A stretch of 64,000 nucleotides of DNA from Ascidiella aspersa (GCA_963924565.1 OZ004615.1:20522001-20586000), one strand, 5' to 3'; positions 13,001 through 28,100 are shown, counted from the first letter of the stretch. Program-made: numbers and translations. Notes: generated from the letters alone by a model not told the origin.

Positions 13001-15615
13001 GTTTAGACAGAAAGTGCATTACATTTTTCCCAGTTTTGTTATATAAAGCATCGCCACGTTTTATAATGGAGGCCGTTACAATATTTTTTACCAGCTTTAC
13101 CAGCTCTAGATTTGATATTGACACTAGAAAATTGTTGAATAGTTTTATGGCAGGCTACTAAGTTGTGACAGGCAATGTAGCAGTAAAGTTAGAAAACATT
13201 AATAAATAATGTTACACTGAATGACAATATTGGCAATAGTAAATTAACGGTGACGTTGTTGTTCGTTCAGTATTTTTGTTTTACGTTGAATTTATAGTCA
13301 AGTGTTAGTTTGCAACAAGTTAGGCCATCTCGACTTTTATGGCTTACGGCACCTCTCAAAAATAATAATCAGATTTTCGGCCCGACTGGAATTTTCGTTC
13401 AGTAGGTTATTGAAATGTCACTAAAAATACAACTGGAAAACATGTAGGAGAATGTCATTTGATATAATGGTCTCTAATATTCGTACACAAATAGTTGTAT
13501 CAAGAAGTTACCAATTGAGCAAAACTCAGATTCGTAAAAATTCTCAAATACCTTTCGGCACCTTTGAGCATTAGAAATGGCACATCAGGGCGCCGCGCGG
13601 CACCCTGGTTGAGAACCACTGTGTAAGGCGTTATGCTACATTATAAGCAATAAACATATCTAAGGCAATACAATGTTAACAAATTACTTCGCAGGCCTCT
13701 TGACTCTCGGAACTGTGTTTTCCTTGGCTGGCAAGGTCGGCATTTCTGGCTCCTACGCCGTGATCTACAACTTTACAATAGAGCTCTTCCCAACTGTAGT
13801 CAGGTGAGAAAACTTAACAACAACCGACAGTTTGTGTCAGTGTTGTAAACAAGTCATTTTGAAATGAGTTAAGTCCCAAATCAAGTGATTAGCAAAATAA
13901 CTTAAGTCCAAGTTAAGACTTTTCAAATAAACCAGGCCAAGTCCCAGTCATCGGTTGCTCACGTCAAGTCCCAGTCAAGTCTTAATTAGAGTAAGTCAAC
14001 TAGAAGTCAAGTCCTTGTTATAAAAATAAAACTTTAAACTATTACAACTGGTAAGTTCGTCCGATTATGAGCAATCACTCAAGTAAAAATCAAAATAAAC
14101 GCAACATATATAGCAAGCAAATTGTTTTATGTACAAAAATTACGATGAATAACCCAGTTGTATAAAAAATGCTTAATGAAAACATTTCATTTTTACCCAA
14201 GTAATTTGTCCAAAAAACTGTCCAAGTCAATTTATTTGTTTATACGACTTAAGTCGAGTCAAGTCAGTTTGCCCAAGCGACTTAAGCCAAGCCATTTGAA
14301 AATATTGGCTTAAATGAACTTATTTGAAAAATAGACTTAGAAGAACTGAAATCGAATTTAAATGTATCCATCTAACACAGGGGTCCTTCAACTTTTTATA
14401 CCGCGGATCCCTAAATTTTTTTTGGTTTGCGCGAACTACGGTAGGGAAGAAATTTTCAAAAATGAATTCATAAATTGACGTCACAATCAATAGACTTTCC
14501 GAAATATGCTAATGATTTAGTAAAAATGTACTCCAAATACATTCAGTGCTAAAAAAACGATTGAGTTTTAATTCAACTCTTTTCTCTAAAAAATTGATTA
14601 CTTCTTAAATATACACTAATATTTTAATTAGGCCTTCATGGACCTTCAAGTTAGTTCACGGGCCCCAAGGGGTTCATCGGCCACAGTTAAAGAACCCCCT
14701 GACTAACAGAAGAGTGATTTATGCCAAAAGATTAATCTCTTTGACTAAATCAGGGATGTTCAACCCGCGGCCCGCCAGATGTTTATGTGCGGCCCACCCT
14801 TACGTGTTTATGTGCGGCCAAACATATATATTCTTTTCTACTACATTGCCTTTATAGTCTTTTTTGGACAATTATTTCGACTATCACCAAAACGTGTAGA
14901 ACGCGCAGTATTTGATGTCATCTCATAGTTTTTGTTAGACTCTAATCAAGTCTACTGCTGTATTTAAAGGACAACTTACACTTGTGCACCCACCCCTGTT
15001 AAGCGAGAGTTTTAAATGTGTTTTTTGCTAACCTATTTAAGAAAATGTATCAGCCCAAAGGTGATGATACGGCATTTAAACTCTTTTTTTCTTTTTTTTC
15101 GCTTCGAGCGATGAGCCTGAGATTCGTTGGCATATTTGCGTATAAGTTCACTCACGAAGAGCGGGTGTTTATCGGCTTAGTTGTTTTATGACGTCACGAT
15201 AAGATGTAACTTGTGACGTCATCTTCCTCTAATTTAATATATTTTTTGGCAATGCGGCTCATTATGTTAAATGGTTGGACATCCCTGGACTAAATGTATA
15301 GTCATTTAATTATGATTTATGCCAATAGATTAGTCTAAGTTGACTAAATTTATCTTTTAAAAAAACTTGCACAGAATGAACGGCATTGCAGTTGCGTCGC
15401 TCGGAGCTCGTGTTGGGAGCATCTTGGCGCCCTTGTTAATCGCTCTTGAAGACTACATCCCGTGGCTCCCGAACGTGATTTTCGGAGTGGCATCTTTGCT
15501 GGCCGGAGGACTCTCCCTCTATCTTCCGGAAACCAACGGGATCGACATGCTTGAAAGCATCGAGGACGCTGAGCTCTTCTACAAGAACAGAAAGACTCCT
15601 CCCAGTAAAACGTGA
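7027..15615 (+). CDS. SLC22 family organic cation/anion transporter, paralogue A; exons 5-13 only
   Basis: Exons 7027-7181, 8919-9043, 10005-10109, 11150-11239, 11462-11559, 11999-12081, 12416-12565, 13695-13803, 15375-15615. All are GT-AG, in frame and the same length as in paralogue B. MFS/SLC22 motifs: FGRK, PESPRWL, DRIGRR, ELFPTVVR, LPET. Confidence 0.9.
7267..7723. mobile_element. hAT-type MITE, GACTT-rich family
   Basis: TIRs CAGTGTTGTAA / TTATAACACTG and a perfect 8-bp TSD ACATCTAC. Relatives lie near 13838-14340, 19815-20190, 22870-23128, 26590-26760 and 27870-28353. Confidence 0.85.
7945..8288. mobile_element. hAT-type MITE, CAGGGGTTCTTAAACT family
   Basis: Perfect 16-bp TIRs and a perfect 8-bp TSD GTTTAACA. 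Confidence 0.92.
9229..9567. mobile_element. hAT-type MITE
   Basis: 8-bp TSD CTATAGGC; left TIR CAGTGTTTCTTAACC. Confidence 0.75.
10492..10797. mobile_element. hAT-type MITE, CAGGGGTTCTTAAACT family (opposite orientation to 7945)
   Basis: Perfect TIRs; TSD GGTTAAAC/GCTTAAAC. Confidence 0.9.
14378..14701. mobile_element. hAT-type MITE, CAGGGGTTCTTAAACT family (degenerate copy)
   Basis: Colinear with 10492-10797. Confidence 0.75.
14751..15287. mobile_element. hAT-type MITE
   Basis: TIRs CAGGGATGTTCAACC / GGTTGGACATCCCTG and a perfect TSD GACTAAAT. Confidence 0.88.
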
Positions 15616-16028
15616 GTTTTGTTGCTGCATAATGCTGGAAAGTAGAGGAAAATAAGTCTTTGGTGGAAGGGAAGATTTTCGTGGTAGAAATGCCGCGGTC
15701 TCATCAAAGCCCAATTGTGAATACAAAACGCAAACAGGTCTGAACACAACGGATTATTTTAGATGTGTTTTCGCATATACAGTGACCAGGAGGCCTGTGC
15801 TATAGCAAGAGGTGACTTTTTTCAATACGCAAGTCAAGTCATTTAACGTCTAACATATGAGTCAAGTCAAGTAAGTAACTTTACTTCTGCTATTTGACTC
15901 TAGGTCAAGTTTGTAAGACTTTTGCACAAAATTACATATAATTGGGACAAAGTTTCTCAATTGTTTCAAGTGAAGCGTTAATTTAGGGCACTTGCCTTCA
16001 GACTTAAATAGACAAAGCGGGTTTGTAG

Positions 16029-16435
16029 CAGGGCTGCGGAGTTGGACGCGGGACACGAGTAAAACTATTATGTAAAATTACCCGAGTACCGAGTCCGACG
16101 TGTGCATACGCAATACGCATTACCAAGTTTAAAACTTTTAAGCAAACCGAACTTTCGAAACTGTTAAGCAATGGAAACTGCAAATTGTAAAAGTGTAATG
16201 GCAAATGGTGCAATATTTTCCAACCATGTATTGTGGTTAGATGAATTATACAACACTCCTTTGAGCGGATTGCTGAATATCCAACTTATTTTTGTACCGT
16301 AAATGGGAATCAAAGCCGGATTAGGGAGTCGACGAAATCGCACATTTAGCCGAAGCCGGACTCGGGATTTGGAATCGGTTTAATTTTCTGGACGGAGTCG
16401 GACTCGGAATAATTTTAATCGAACCCGCAGCCCTG
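16029..16435. mobile_element. MITE, CAGGGCTG/GGAGTCGGA family
   Basis: TIRs CAGGGCTGCGG / CCGCAGCCCTG. Homologous to the element in each GPCR intron 1. Confidence 0.8.
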
Positions 16436-18254
16436 ATTAGTAGTAAATGGGGATTTAACGAAGCCCTAATGCTGTGTGACAAGGAATTGAATTACGATTG
16501 GCAAAACTTTTGTGCTGTAGACTATGAGACATATGAAGTAAAAACAAAAATTCGTGCCGTAGGCTACGTTGGCGTATCCTGCCATTAGTGCATCAGTTAG
16601 GTGTTTTTCTTTACCAATTTTTTTCACATTTAAAGAAACCCCGCTGTTTCATGCAGGAAATATAACTTGCGGATGCCACTTTAGCTTTCAATATTGCAAA
16701 ACATCACATGACGCTTCTTGTCAAATGCTGTAAGATTATGTTTAAGCTGGGATATTAGGTAGAAATACAATAAAAAGTCAGATAATATGTCCAACGACGC
16801 AAATTAGTCTATTTAAATATGGTTAGATTAAATCATTTTTTCCTTAACAAAATTAAATCGATGCCAATGTGATAGAGATTGTCTGCTTTCGTCATATAAC
16901 CAAGTTGTAACATGCCTATATTATATTTCCCCCTAATTATACCTACCGGCAAGTATGGTATAGCAGCCTTTTGGGGCTTATAATACGTTACCAATTAGCG
17001 CTTACACAATGAAAGCACAAAATTGTAGAATCATGACATAGAGCAATATTTTTTAGGTCTGAAGCTTATGAAAACCCTGTATTCCACACCAAGTTGTGAA
17101 CGGTACCTTTCAAACAGCGATCTTTCTATTTAAAGAATTTATTTATAATTTATCGCTGTAGATATTTAAATGGTTTTATCATTTTTCTGTCGTACATTGT
17201 TGTTGCTTAGATCTGGCCAAAAGTATGGCCATTAATTTGTTTATTTTTATTTACAGCATTTGTGCAATATTTCTTTCAACTTTAATTCCCTGTAACGTAT
17301 AGTGGTGTAGTCAATGTGTTAGAAGAGGTTCTCAAACTGTGTGTCGCGACGCCCTGGTGTGTCGTATAAACTGGTCAAAGCGTCGCACAATAATTACGTT
17401 TGAAATCGAAACACCATCGTGGTAGGAAAATGCTTGTTAATATACTACCTAATCCCCGACATGCAAGTTCAAAACTGTTGTAATACTTTATCGTTTGATT
17501 TTGATGTTGATTTTCTGGTGCAAACAAATACATAAAAATTAGTAACATTTGTAAAGCTGGGTCCGTTGCACGTCCAATAAACATTTTAAAAGGCGTCGCA
17601 AGAAAAAAAGTTCGATAACCTCAGTCCTACAGGATTTAAATTGTTACACTAATCTTTCCTTGGGAATCTCGTATTTTTCGGACAAGTGGACATTTTTGTA
17701 TTCTTGAAAGTCTTAAATCTCTTTAAATACTGCCTTCTTGCGTTTGTAATTTAGGTAGGTATCCTTAATTAAATTTTAACCTTGATAAACTAGGAAAATA
17801 TCCGATCAGTTCGTTTTCAAAAATAGTCCATGAAAAAGCTAAAGGAAGTACGAACTTAAATGGTAAGAAAAGAAGCGCGCTACAAGGAAAAATGGAAAAA
17901 TACAAGAATGTTGCTATTTTGTGTTATTTGTTTTACGCTAATCGCACAGTAATGTGTTCATATAACCAATAAATTGCATCAAACAAACAAGATGTGAGGT
18001 AGTCAAATAGTTCTGGTGACATCCGGAAAGAAGAGTTTTGCGATCGATAGCTTATCAGAGTATACTTATCAGATTTTTTTTCCATAGCTTATCAGAGTAG
18101 AACTTGTCTATTGACCATCTCGCCTAATTAAAATATTTTAAATTGGGCTACACTCTAAGTATGTCGTTCTTTAACTTTTAACCAAACAAGTTGGATGCAA
18201 TTGTTAGCTTCTGTACAACAAAGACGGGTAATCCCCTGCTTTAGTTCTCTAATA

Positions 18255-18623
18255 CAGTGCTCTTCAACCGGTGTGAACGGTGCACCAAAATATGCATGGG
18301 GTGCACCAGTACGTAAAAGTATACAAGGGTGCATCACACATTTTTGATGATCACACATTTTTAATATTTAACACTGAATGCTGTTTTATGACATTCAATA
18401 AGTAGGCTACTCGCAAGCAGTCTGCAGCCATAATCGAACTCTCACCGACATTGTGTAAAACTTCGGCAGTTCCGCTAGGTTTATCTGACATCTTGATATT
18501 GATACACATAATGATTTTTAATAACGCTTTTTACCTCAGTTTACCTTTAAAGTAAATAGGGTGCATGAGTTCGTCACAACAACTTTAAGGGTTCACCAAA
18601 CCAAAAAAGGTTGAAGAGCACTG
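18255..18623. mobile_element. hAT-type MITE
   Basis: TIRs CAGTGCTCTTCAACC / GGTTGAAGAGCACTG. A partial relative starts near 25768. Confidence 0.8.
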
Positions 18624-19109
18624 CTCTATCGCATAAATTTAGATGGCTTCCACACAGAAAAAAATTAGCCTAGCGCATTGCGAGTTTAACGGATGCGGTG
18701 CAATGGTAAATCAGCTCTAACTTTTAGATTGGATAAAACATTCATACCGCCTTTATCTATTGGTCAAACAAAGTAATTTGTTTAAACGCTTTCTTTGAAT
18801 GGGAAATGTTTTCCGAGACTTGAATTGCTGTGGCATGTCGATTGCAAAATAATCTTACCTTCCAGAAAGATGATAGGCCTATATTTTAGGAGGACCAACG
18901 TTAAAACTCTATGACAGAAAATGACAATAAATACCCCTGTGATGATCGACCTACTGCAAACTCACTTAATGGCCATTTAGCAATAATTAACTTGCTGATA
19001 AAATTGTCCCTGTGTGAATTCTCGCGCTTTTAAAGTGTACGTTTCCAAAGGCAAAGATTTAATCTGCTGCAGAAAAGCTGGTGTAGAAAATAAGAAAAAT
19101 AGTAAAACA

Positions 19110-22100
19110 ATGATTGATTTCGACTTGATTCTCACCAAGATCGGTGGACTTGGCAGATTTCAGATATTCTTAGTTTGCATAACAGCTTATTCTAGCATAC
19201 CGGCAGGCTACAATTTGATTGCTCCGGTGTTCATGAACTACACTCCGGATTACAGGTAAGAAACGTATGCGAAAACAATACGTAAGAGAGTAGTCGTTTT
19301 AGTATAGTGGTGTGTTTGTATTAAGCAATCGTTTTGTTTTCTCAGGGTTTGTAAACCAATCAGTGTATACAAGCCGAAAATTGCGCCCTAAATTCTGGTT
19401 TGCTTTACAGCCAGCAGCAAGGTTGCATAATATTTGTTACGAGGTATTGTTTGTAGCGGCAAAACTATAGTTCCATTAAAAATAAATGGAACGGTACAGT
19501 TAGCTCTTAGGTTTGCTGTGTATAATGCAACCTAAGATATAAAAATGTTGATTAAGGAATAAGCTTGTTTCATACACACCTTTTATTCCCGTTCGACCAA
19601 ATTATATTTAAGATAAACAGGATACAAACAATTATTTAGAGTAAAAAACACTAAAATAGTTTATTAACTAAAAAAAGACAACGGAGTAAGTTATTTGTAT
19701 CTATGAAACCTTCAAATAGCATAATTTTGTCTGTTTGTTTACTATTTTTAGTTAGGCAAAAAACTGAAACGTTTTTGTATTTTAGGTTGGTAAGGTTGCT
19801 GTGGTGTATATGATAGTGTTGTAATGAATGACTTAACTTGAGTATTTTGACCTAAATGACTTGACTTGACTTAAGTTTTTTAGACAAATGACTTGACTTG
19901 AACTTCAACCATTGTGTCAAATAACTTGAGTCTAAATCACTAATTTCAATAAAATAGTGTTATTTGTCTTCGTTTTTTTTATTTTTATTTTTAGTAGAGG
20001 TATCGTTCATAAGCGGACGAGTTAAGCAAATCATAGTTAAACGTAAAATTTTAATGTCAATGGCATGACCTAAAGTTGACTTGCTTTCAAAATGACATGG
20101 GCATCTAATGACATAGACTGGGACTTAGGTTATTTTACAGGTGACTTGACTGGGACATAGGTCATGTAAAATGACTTGTTTATAACACTGCTAGCCTATA
20201 TGACTCAGCAGATATAGGCACATAAGCTAAAGCCACCAAATTTACTATATTGCCAGTCATCTAAATTGCCCCTATCGCAAAAGTAATAAATCGTTCAATA
20301 TTGAACAACTCGTTCAGTTCGACTATAAAGACACATCATTGAAACGATTAACGATTGACTTTGTTGATCCTGAAGGTGTAAAGTCCAGCAAAACTGCACG
20401 GAAGGTTTGAACGAATCAGAAATTCTTAACCTTACAACACCGACCAAGGAAGATGGGTCGTACGATTTTTGTAAACGGTAGGAAAATAAGTAATTTCGCT
20501 TGATGCGGCGTGAAAAGTAGTTTTTTCTAATTTTCAACAAACAATTTATGCAAGGCGATAATACAGCTTTCCTAATGGAACATCTATGGCAGGGATGGGC
20601 CACGGCAAAGTTTACGATTTATTGATTTACAGAGCGCTTAAATATCTCGAACTTCGCTTCTGTGTTTGTATTAGGCAACAAAGTTTGATCAGGCAATAAA
20701 CATCGATACCGGTATGTGAAGTTTAACCAATATCGGCATACACCCTGAAAAGCTCACAAACTTTAATAGTTCACCGGCAATCAGGAATGTAGTGAAACAC
20801 CTGATTTTTCAAACCTCAGAATCAAGTGTTTGGTAGATTGCAACCTAAGTAATAGTTAAACCGTGTTTTGTAAGGGAGGGGCATATTAGAAAACCGAAGG
20901 CCGATTCCTGTTAAGGGTTTACATTTGCTATGCACCAAAATAGTCTTGCTGCTTTGTGATGACATGCATGATAACCGCCGGCAATGTAATATTAAATTAC
21001 TCACAAACGCAGCTATGAGTGATATCTTATAATTCCTTTTACAAATTTGGTTAGCATACTCAAGAACAATACAATATTTGTGAAAAAACGGAAAATCCAT
21101 TCAATTTTATATTGATCTTACTCATTCTCTGAATTGTGTCAAGCCTGAAATGCCAAGTGCAACCGAAAGTCTAAAATCCATAGTCAAACCGGACTAGATC
21201 ATGTACAACGTCAGTCCTGACGTACAACACTTAGCTCAGGGGTGACCAATCCGTGACTTGGCTAGTTTTGATGCGCCCTAGTTAATGTGGTATTTTTTTT
21301 TAGGATTTGTCGCATGACTGCATGATGTGAATCGGATCCAATATTTTTTTTGTGCAATCAAGTCATAGGAGATAAAAAACGATGTGTTTAAGTTCAATTT
21401 GAGCACAACGATTTCCCGTAATATCATTATCACCATACCATGGCTAGTTACTATATTTTGAGAGTGACTATTCTATATCTAATTGGTTAAAAGTTGTAAG
21501 CAGAAAAAATATAAGGTTACCTTTTATTTAAAAATGAACATTTTCCCGGTGTGATACTAAACATTTATCACACTTAAGTAATACGTAAGTGTAATTAAAT
21601 TTTAACTGTTTCGCTTACAAAAAACAAACTTTTCCCTCATAGGTATCCCTACACCAATAAGAGTTCATGTTCGTCCGATGAGTGCGGGTGTTTCGACCAG
21701 GAAGCGGAACCAATCGGATGCGACGAAGGTTATTTCTACAACACTTACATTTTTATGGAAACAGTGATCACCGAGGTTCTATAATGTACTTTTATTGGGT
21801 CTTTACTGGTAATTATAACCTTACAGATAACATAAATGTAAAAACAATTGAATATAGCAATGATTCTCAGCCTTTTCCATCCGCAAACCGCCTAATGGTT
21901 TATATTCAAAACAAATAATTTCGCTCTAATTTATTTATGTTTAAAGCAAGAAAAAAAAAATAAAAGAGCGGTCACAGCTCGAATAGATTTGAATATACAG
22001 ATCGGTTTACTTCGACACAAAAAGTAATTTAACTTACGTCAGCTGCAAAAATATTACACTTGTAGTAATTTTTTAGACCTGAAAGTTTCTCGCGTTCAAC

Positions 22101-25100
22101 GTTAAAATCAACGGGAGGTTTGGTGTAGGACAAACGGACTTATGTTAAAACAGCGTGTTCTTTCACCGAATAACAACTAACTTCGTACCAGGTGTGCTAG
22201 AATACAATCCTTAGAACTGAAGTATATTGCTGTATAGAGAACACCCATAACACGAGTTTTCTATTTAGTTCGATCTGGTATGCGACCAAGCTTTTCTGGA
22301 CTCCCTCGCAATTGTTCTTTACATGGTTGGAGACCTCTGTGGGGCAATAACATTTGGCAACGTATCTGACAGGTCAGAACAAGGGTCGGGAACTTATTGC
22401 TCGCGAGGAAAAAAATCTTGCTTGCAGAAAAATCTAAGCTATCCTTTCTCAACATGAACTAAATAAAACTGCACTTGGCCATGGCCGCTTTCCTAACATT
22501 TTCGGCAATTCGTGTGACCCTATTACTATAAGGATTTTCAGGACTGTCAACCCGTTTGATAGAATTTCTTTACACCCAAATGGCCCTGATAAAGGGGTCT
22601 GTTCACATTACTATATTTTTTCCAACTATAACTATAGTTGTAATAAAAGTAATATGTGGCTCTCGTGGTAATACAACAAAGAATATTTGGCTTTTATGGC
22701 TCCCTTTGCTCAAAAGGTTCCCGACCCCTGGGTCAGAACGTTTTAAGCTGTGTTTTCGATTGATCGAGATGATCCGGTAGAATTGTAACATGAAGATCAA
22801 ATTAAAACAAAAGTTTAATTATTATATGGCTAAAGTATCAGTGAAGTAATGGTTACGTTAATAACTTCGCATGCACTTAAGTCAGTATTTTGACCGACTT
22901 GACCTGACTTAAGTTGTCGAGTCAAATAGTTTGGGTTAACACCAAGTTTTTTCATCATGTTTTATAAATTTGGGTTGTTTATTTACGTTTTGCCACATAA
23001 AGGCAACTGATTAGTTGAACTAGAACCTTGACTTGCTATTTTTTTTAAATAATTGACTGGTAATTTAGTTTTCACAAACGATTTGACTGGAATCTAAGTC
23101 AATTCAAAACGACTTGTTCCCAACACTGCTAACAATGCTATCGTTCTTGTATTTGTCTTATTCTAAGTAGGGTTACCCCAGGTTGCACTATATAAAAATA
23201 AATTGTATTGAAATCTTGACAAGCTTTGGCACAACACGCGTGCTTCATCAGGTCAAAGTAGAAATCAAAGCTAAAATGCAAGAAGTAGAAGCACAAGCGC
23301 AAGTAAAATTCGATAAGAATACTGAAGTCTAATATATCCACAGGCACTTCCACAGTCACATGCTTGCAAAAACGTATGTGTCTGACACAAACACTACAAA
23401 AACTAGAGGTCTGCGCTTCAAAGTATGCTATATAGGCTTACAAAAGCGTGCTATGAGGAGTAATGTGATATAAAACCCAAAAATACGCCCAACATTGATG
23501 GCATTGATCTTTTAACTACTCTTTGTTCAAACGTCAGCCTTGCTTGGGTGCCATTTCTCATTTTTTGATCACCAAAACTCAAAGGCCTTTTATACTGTAA
23601 AATCTTTTATTGGAATATTCGCGAGCAGGTTTATCCTTATGTCCATGCTATGTGTCACTTTTGTGACCATTTCTGCACTTTCTAATGGTTTGACCACTTT
23701 CCCCAATATAAATTGTTTGGGGTTATTTTACGCATGTTGGTGGTATCACAGTTGTTATTTCCGCCGACTTTAATTGGTCCTTTTAAAATGACTGCTGTTA
23801 ATAATAACGACTTTTCCCGCCAGGCAGTATGCCCTTTTGTTTTTCGTCTTTAAATTTTCTGGTGACGACTATTGACTGTGGACCAGTGGTTGTTAACCTT
23901 TTTTCTTTCGCGCCCCTTTGGTAGGTGCCCTGTGTCTTGCGCTCCCTTGAATATTAAATAATTATCATACTAAAAGCAATTCGTTTTTTTTGGATTACAT
24001 AGCAGTGAAACAACACGATAATACAAAACTGTTTGTTAATCGCGCGAAGCGTGAAACATTTTGTGTTTATTTTGTTTAAATTTGGTAAACTTTAATATAG
24101 GAGGCTTTGGACGCATTTGGGTACACAAATATTGCTTGTGATGAATATATTGGTCTTCATCAAAATGATTTTGACAAACCTGTTGTGATTACATTGACTT
24201 CACAGTTGTAAGGCAGCATGGGAACCACACTTAAAATGCGGCCAAAAGTGCAAAATTTAACATCGCGTTAATTGCGTTTTAAAAGGTGTGATGCGCCCAT
24301 CGAAGTCAATATTGTGTCTTTTGGAAGGTCGCTGAAGTTTTTAATTTTCCTCGTAAATAACACAGACAAGATAAGTTAGAAAACCAACTAGCCTGCAGTG
24401 AGGTTTGAACAAACGACCTCTGGCCGTCACTTCGATGTTCGTTCAACAACCTACTTACTATATGGTTTATATGGTTTAACAGCGATAAGGATACTTATGT
24501 ATATAAGAATACATCTAGGGAAATTTCCCTATGTTCTTTTGCTGAATTTGTATTTGCTTCACAACACGCCTATAGGTTCGGACGAAAATTAACAATGGCT
24601 GTGTCGGCGGCTTGTTCTTTTCTGGCGATGCTTGGCTGCAGCTTTACGCACACATTTTGGCTCTTCGTCACCTGTCGCTGGTTCGTGGCCTTCTTCGGCG
24701 CCGGAATCTACATCGCAAACTTCGTATACCGTAAGTGCTGTACACCTACTGGACACCTGCTGGCATTTTCTGTACAAATGCTGGCATCTATTGTATACCT
24801 GCTGGTATCTGCTATACACCTACTAACATCTGTTGTATACCTTCTACCTCCTGCTGTGCACTGATTGACCTTGAATAGCTCGTTGCTAGCCATCGGCAAT
24901 GCTCGTTTCCAAGCGCAGCCCAACCTCATTTTGCGAGTAAGTTAACCGGCAAAGCAATTGTGGCAAATTAAAAAAACAACCTGTCTGTTTTAACCTCGCC
25001 GATTGTAGAGTCGCTCTCGAATTTTACGCCCTTTGCACTATTACGTAAGTAGCACGTAATCTATTCAGCTTATAACAAACGAGTTATTACCACACGAGTG

Positions 25101-28100
25101 TACCGCTAGGCAGATGGCAACAAAAACAATTCATTTGTTTTGTCTCAGGTTGCCGATAAACGTATCGAAAGTTCCCGGGGAGTATAAATGCAGGGGCGTA
25201 ATTCCCGGGTACGCTAAAGTCTCAATCAATTCCTTTTTTTTAGTTTTCGAAAGGAAAACGTAATTAATTAATTTTTACTCAACATAAAATGGCCTTCTTT
25301 ACGGCTTTCTTTTAAAAGCTATAATCACCTTACATCGGTAACACATTTAAGGCTGGGAAAACTACTATATTGTGTCTGCCCAAGCTGTGATTTTCTTACC
25401 TGTTAATAACACAAATGAAACAACGAACTATTTTTGATAAGTTTATGGCACCAAAGACCCCCTTGGTTTGCTATTCAGTACACACCTAAAATCATAACTA
25501 AAGCAAGCAATTCTATTTGCCATACGCTACACAGTTCTGGAGATCACATCAAGCAAATGGCGAACCATGCTTGGAGTGGGCTATCAAATGGGTTTCGCGG
25601 TGGGAAACATGGTCCTCTCCGGGTTCGCCTACCAGTGGAAGGAATGGCACGATATGCAGGTTAGTTTTTGTGTACGTGAGATATCATCATGCCCACGTGT
25701 CCTAATTGTCCGCTGGGTTACAAAAACGGAACGTTTGCTAAGTTGGCCTGAAGATACTGTGTATAGCAGTGCTCTTCAACCTTGTTTTTGGTTGGTAAAC
25801 CCTTAAGGTTGTTGTGCCAAACTCATGTACCCTGTTTTACTTAAAAGGTAAACTAAGGCGAAAAGCGATATGAAAAATCATTATGCATGTCAATATCATC
25901 ATGTGGGTGCAAACTCAGTAGCATAATAGTTTGCCAAAATGTTGAGGCTATGCGCTTTATAAACGTTTGTATTTCATCAAACCCTGTTAAGTTTTTTGTT
26001 GCGACTTTCGTAATTGCTTAACTGAGAGGACTTTTAGCATTACTAAATGTTTTTAAATAGACTTCTGGTCAGGGAACAGATATTCCATGACTGACTTCTA
26101 CATACATAATTTCAATGTCGAATTGTTGGTTTATGCTTATGCTGTGATGATGGGGGACAACAAAAGGTTAAAATATGCCCGATTAAAAGACAAACCGCGT
26201 GGCTGTAGCAAAGCAAAAACTTAATTGAGGTTACTTTGCTAAGAATGTCACCTAGATTGCTGCGTGATTGGTGGTATTGCGGCTTTCACCGGTTGAGTTA
26301 ACGGGCCTTCAAAGCGTAAAGAAAAGTTAGATCCAAGTTATTACGTTTCATATGAATATGTAGTTCGTCATGGCGATTTTTATCCTTCCCTACGTCTTGG
26401 CTCTTTCCATGGTCCCGGAATCGCCTCGATGGCTCTTTGCAAATAAAAGGGACACAGAAGGCAAGAAGGTATTGTGATTAACTTTAAACAGTTTCAAGCA
26501 ATGTTTTCTGTCGTTATGGACGATGGCTAGAAATTTGTATCCTAAAGTTTAAACATTATATGGCTCAATGCCTAAGTAAATAACTTCACTTAAATGCACT
26601 TAAGTCAGTATTTTTAACTGGCTTGACCTGACTTAAGTTATTGAGTCAAAATACTTGGGTTGACACCAGGTTTTTTCATTAAATATTTTTATATAAATTG
26701 AGCCATTTATTTACGTTTTGGCACATAAAGGAAAGTGATGAGTTAAACTGGGACTTCTGTTATTACAAATAATTTGACAAAAATTTGTTATGCAATTGGA
26801 GTGCGTATATTTTTCGTCTTCTGTGTTATACTAGATAAAATGCCCAACGTTGCCCAGGTTAAATAGTTTCCAACCGGCTATGTAAATTACCTATACCTTC
26901 AATACGCGCGATAATTTGCCAAATCAACCTAAAATTTTCCTGGTTTAACAAAATGAAACAACCAATTATGCTGTGGGCTTTTTACCATTATTGCATATTA
27001 CGCTATTTTCGGGTAGGTTTAAAACAGAGGCAAGCGATGTTTATATATATCGCCATTAAAATAGGACTATATATACACGTTCCATAAAAAATGCAAACTT
27101 CACGTTTAATAAACTTTTGGTCGGTAACTATCATACTAAAAAAAAAGAAAAAAAAATGTACAACTCACGCTAAAGTTACGCTTCAACTCACGTTTGATAA
27201 GCTTCTGGCCGGTAACTTTAATACTCACAGCTCTACCAGAAGTTTTGCCCTTTAAATGCAGATTTTTTTGCTAATTAGAAAGTTTTAAGTTGTTTTTTCT
27301 TCCAAATGATTGGATTCTAGCTCAACATTCAAATCCAATATTGCTTTATTATAAATGTTCATAAATAATCGGCGAACGTTGTAACTACAGCAACTTCCTT
27401 CATAAGCCGTAAAGCAAACTTTGAGCACTTTTTATCCTATTCAATATAGTGGAAGAGCTTTCTTATTAGCTTTCGCTAGATAGGCTACTAGGTTTCATAG
27501 AGATCAGTTACTGTCACCCTCCTCCCCTCCCCCCCCCCCCAAAAAAAAACTAAATTGTTTTTTTAAACATTATTTCGTCGTGTGTTTTCAGGCGTAAATC
27601 GCGGTAGTATTGTTAAAAAAGTAATAACTATTGAAACCCTTTTTAGATAACACGAAGATTTGCAAAGTTCAATAAAGTAGAATTGGATGAGAAAACGATT
27701 TGGGATGATGCCGAAAAGTCAGGTTGTTTAAAGGAGGTAAAGAGCCGAAAACATTACACAGGGTAGACTAAATAGTTATAAAAATATAAAACCTTAGTTG
27801 AATATTCAAATGTTCAGGCTTTACAAAAAAATATTAATATTAACCGTGTTAGTATAGAAATATTGTTAGCAGTGTTTTAATAGCTTATGAGGCTTTTCAA
27901 GTGAAGTAGCTGTTTTCAAATGACTTGACTCATGTCTTTTAGGAAAAATGACTTGACTTTACTAAAATCCTAAAAAAATGCTTGACTTTACTTAAGACCA
28001 AATGACTCGGGACTTAACTCATTGCGCCAGACGACTTGGGTTAAAATCAAGTGTTTTTAATTAAACATTTCTTGATATAATTAAGTTATTTATTTCAAGT

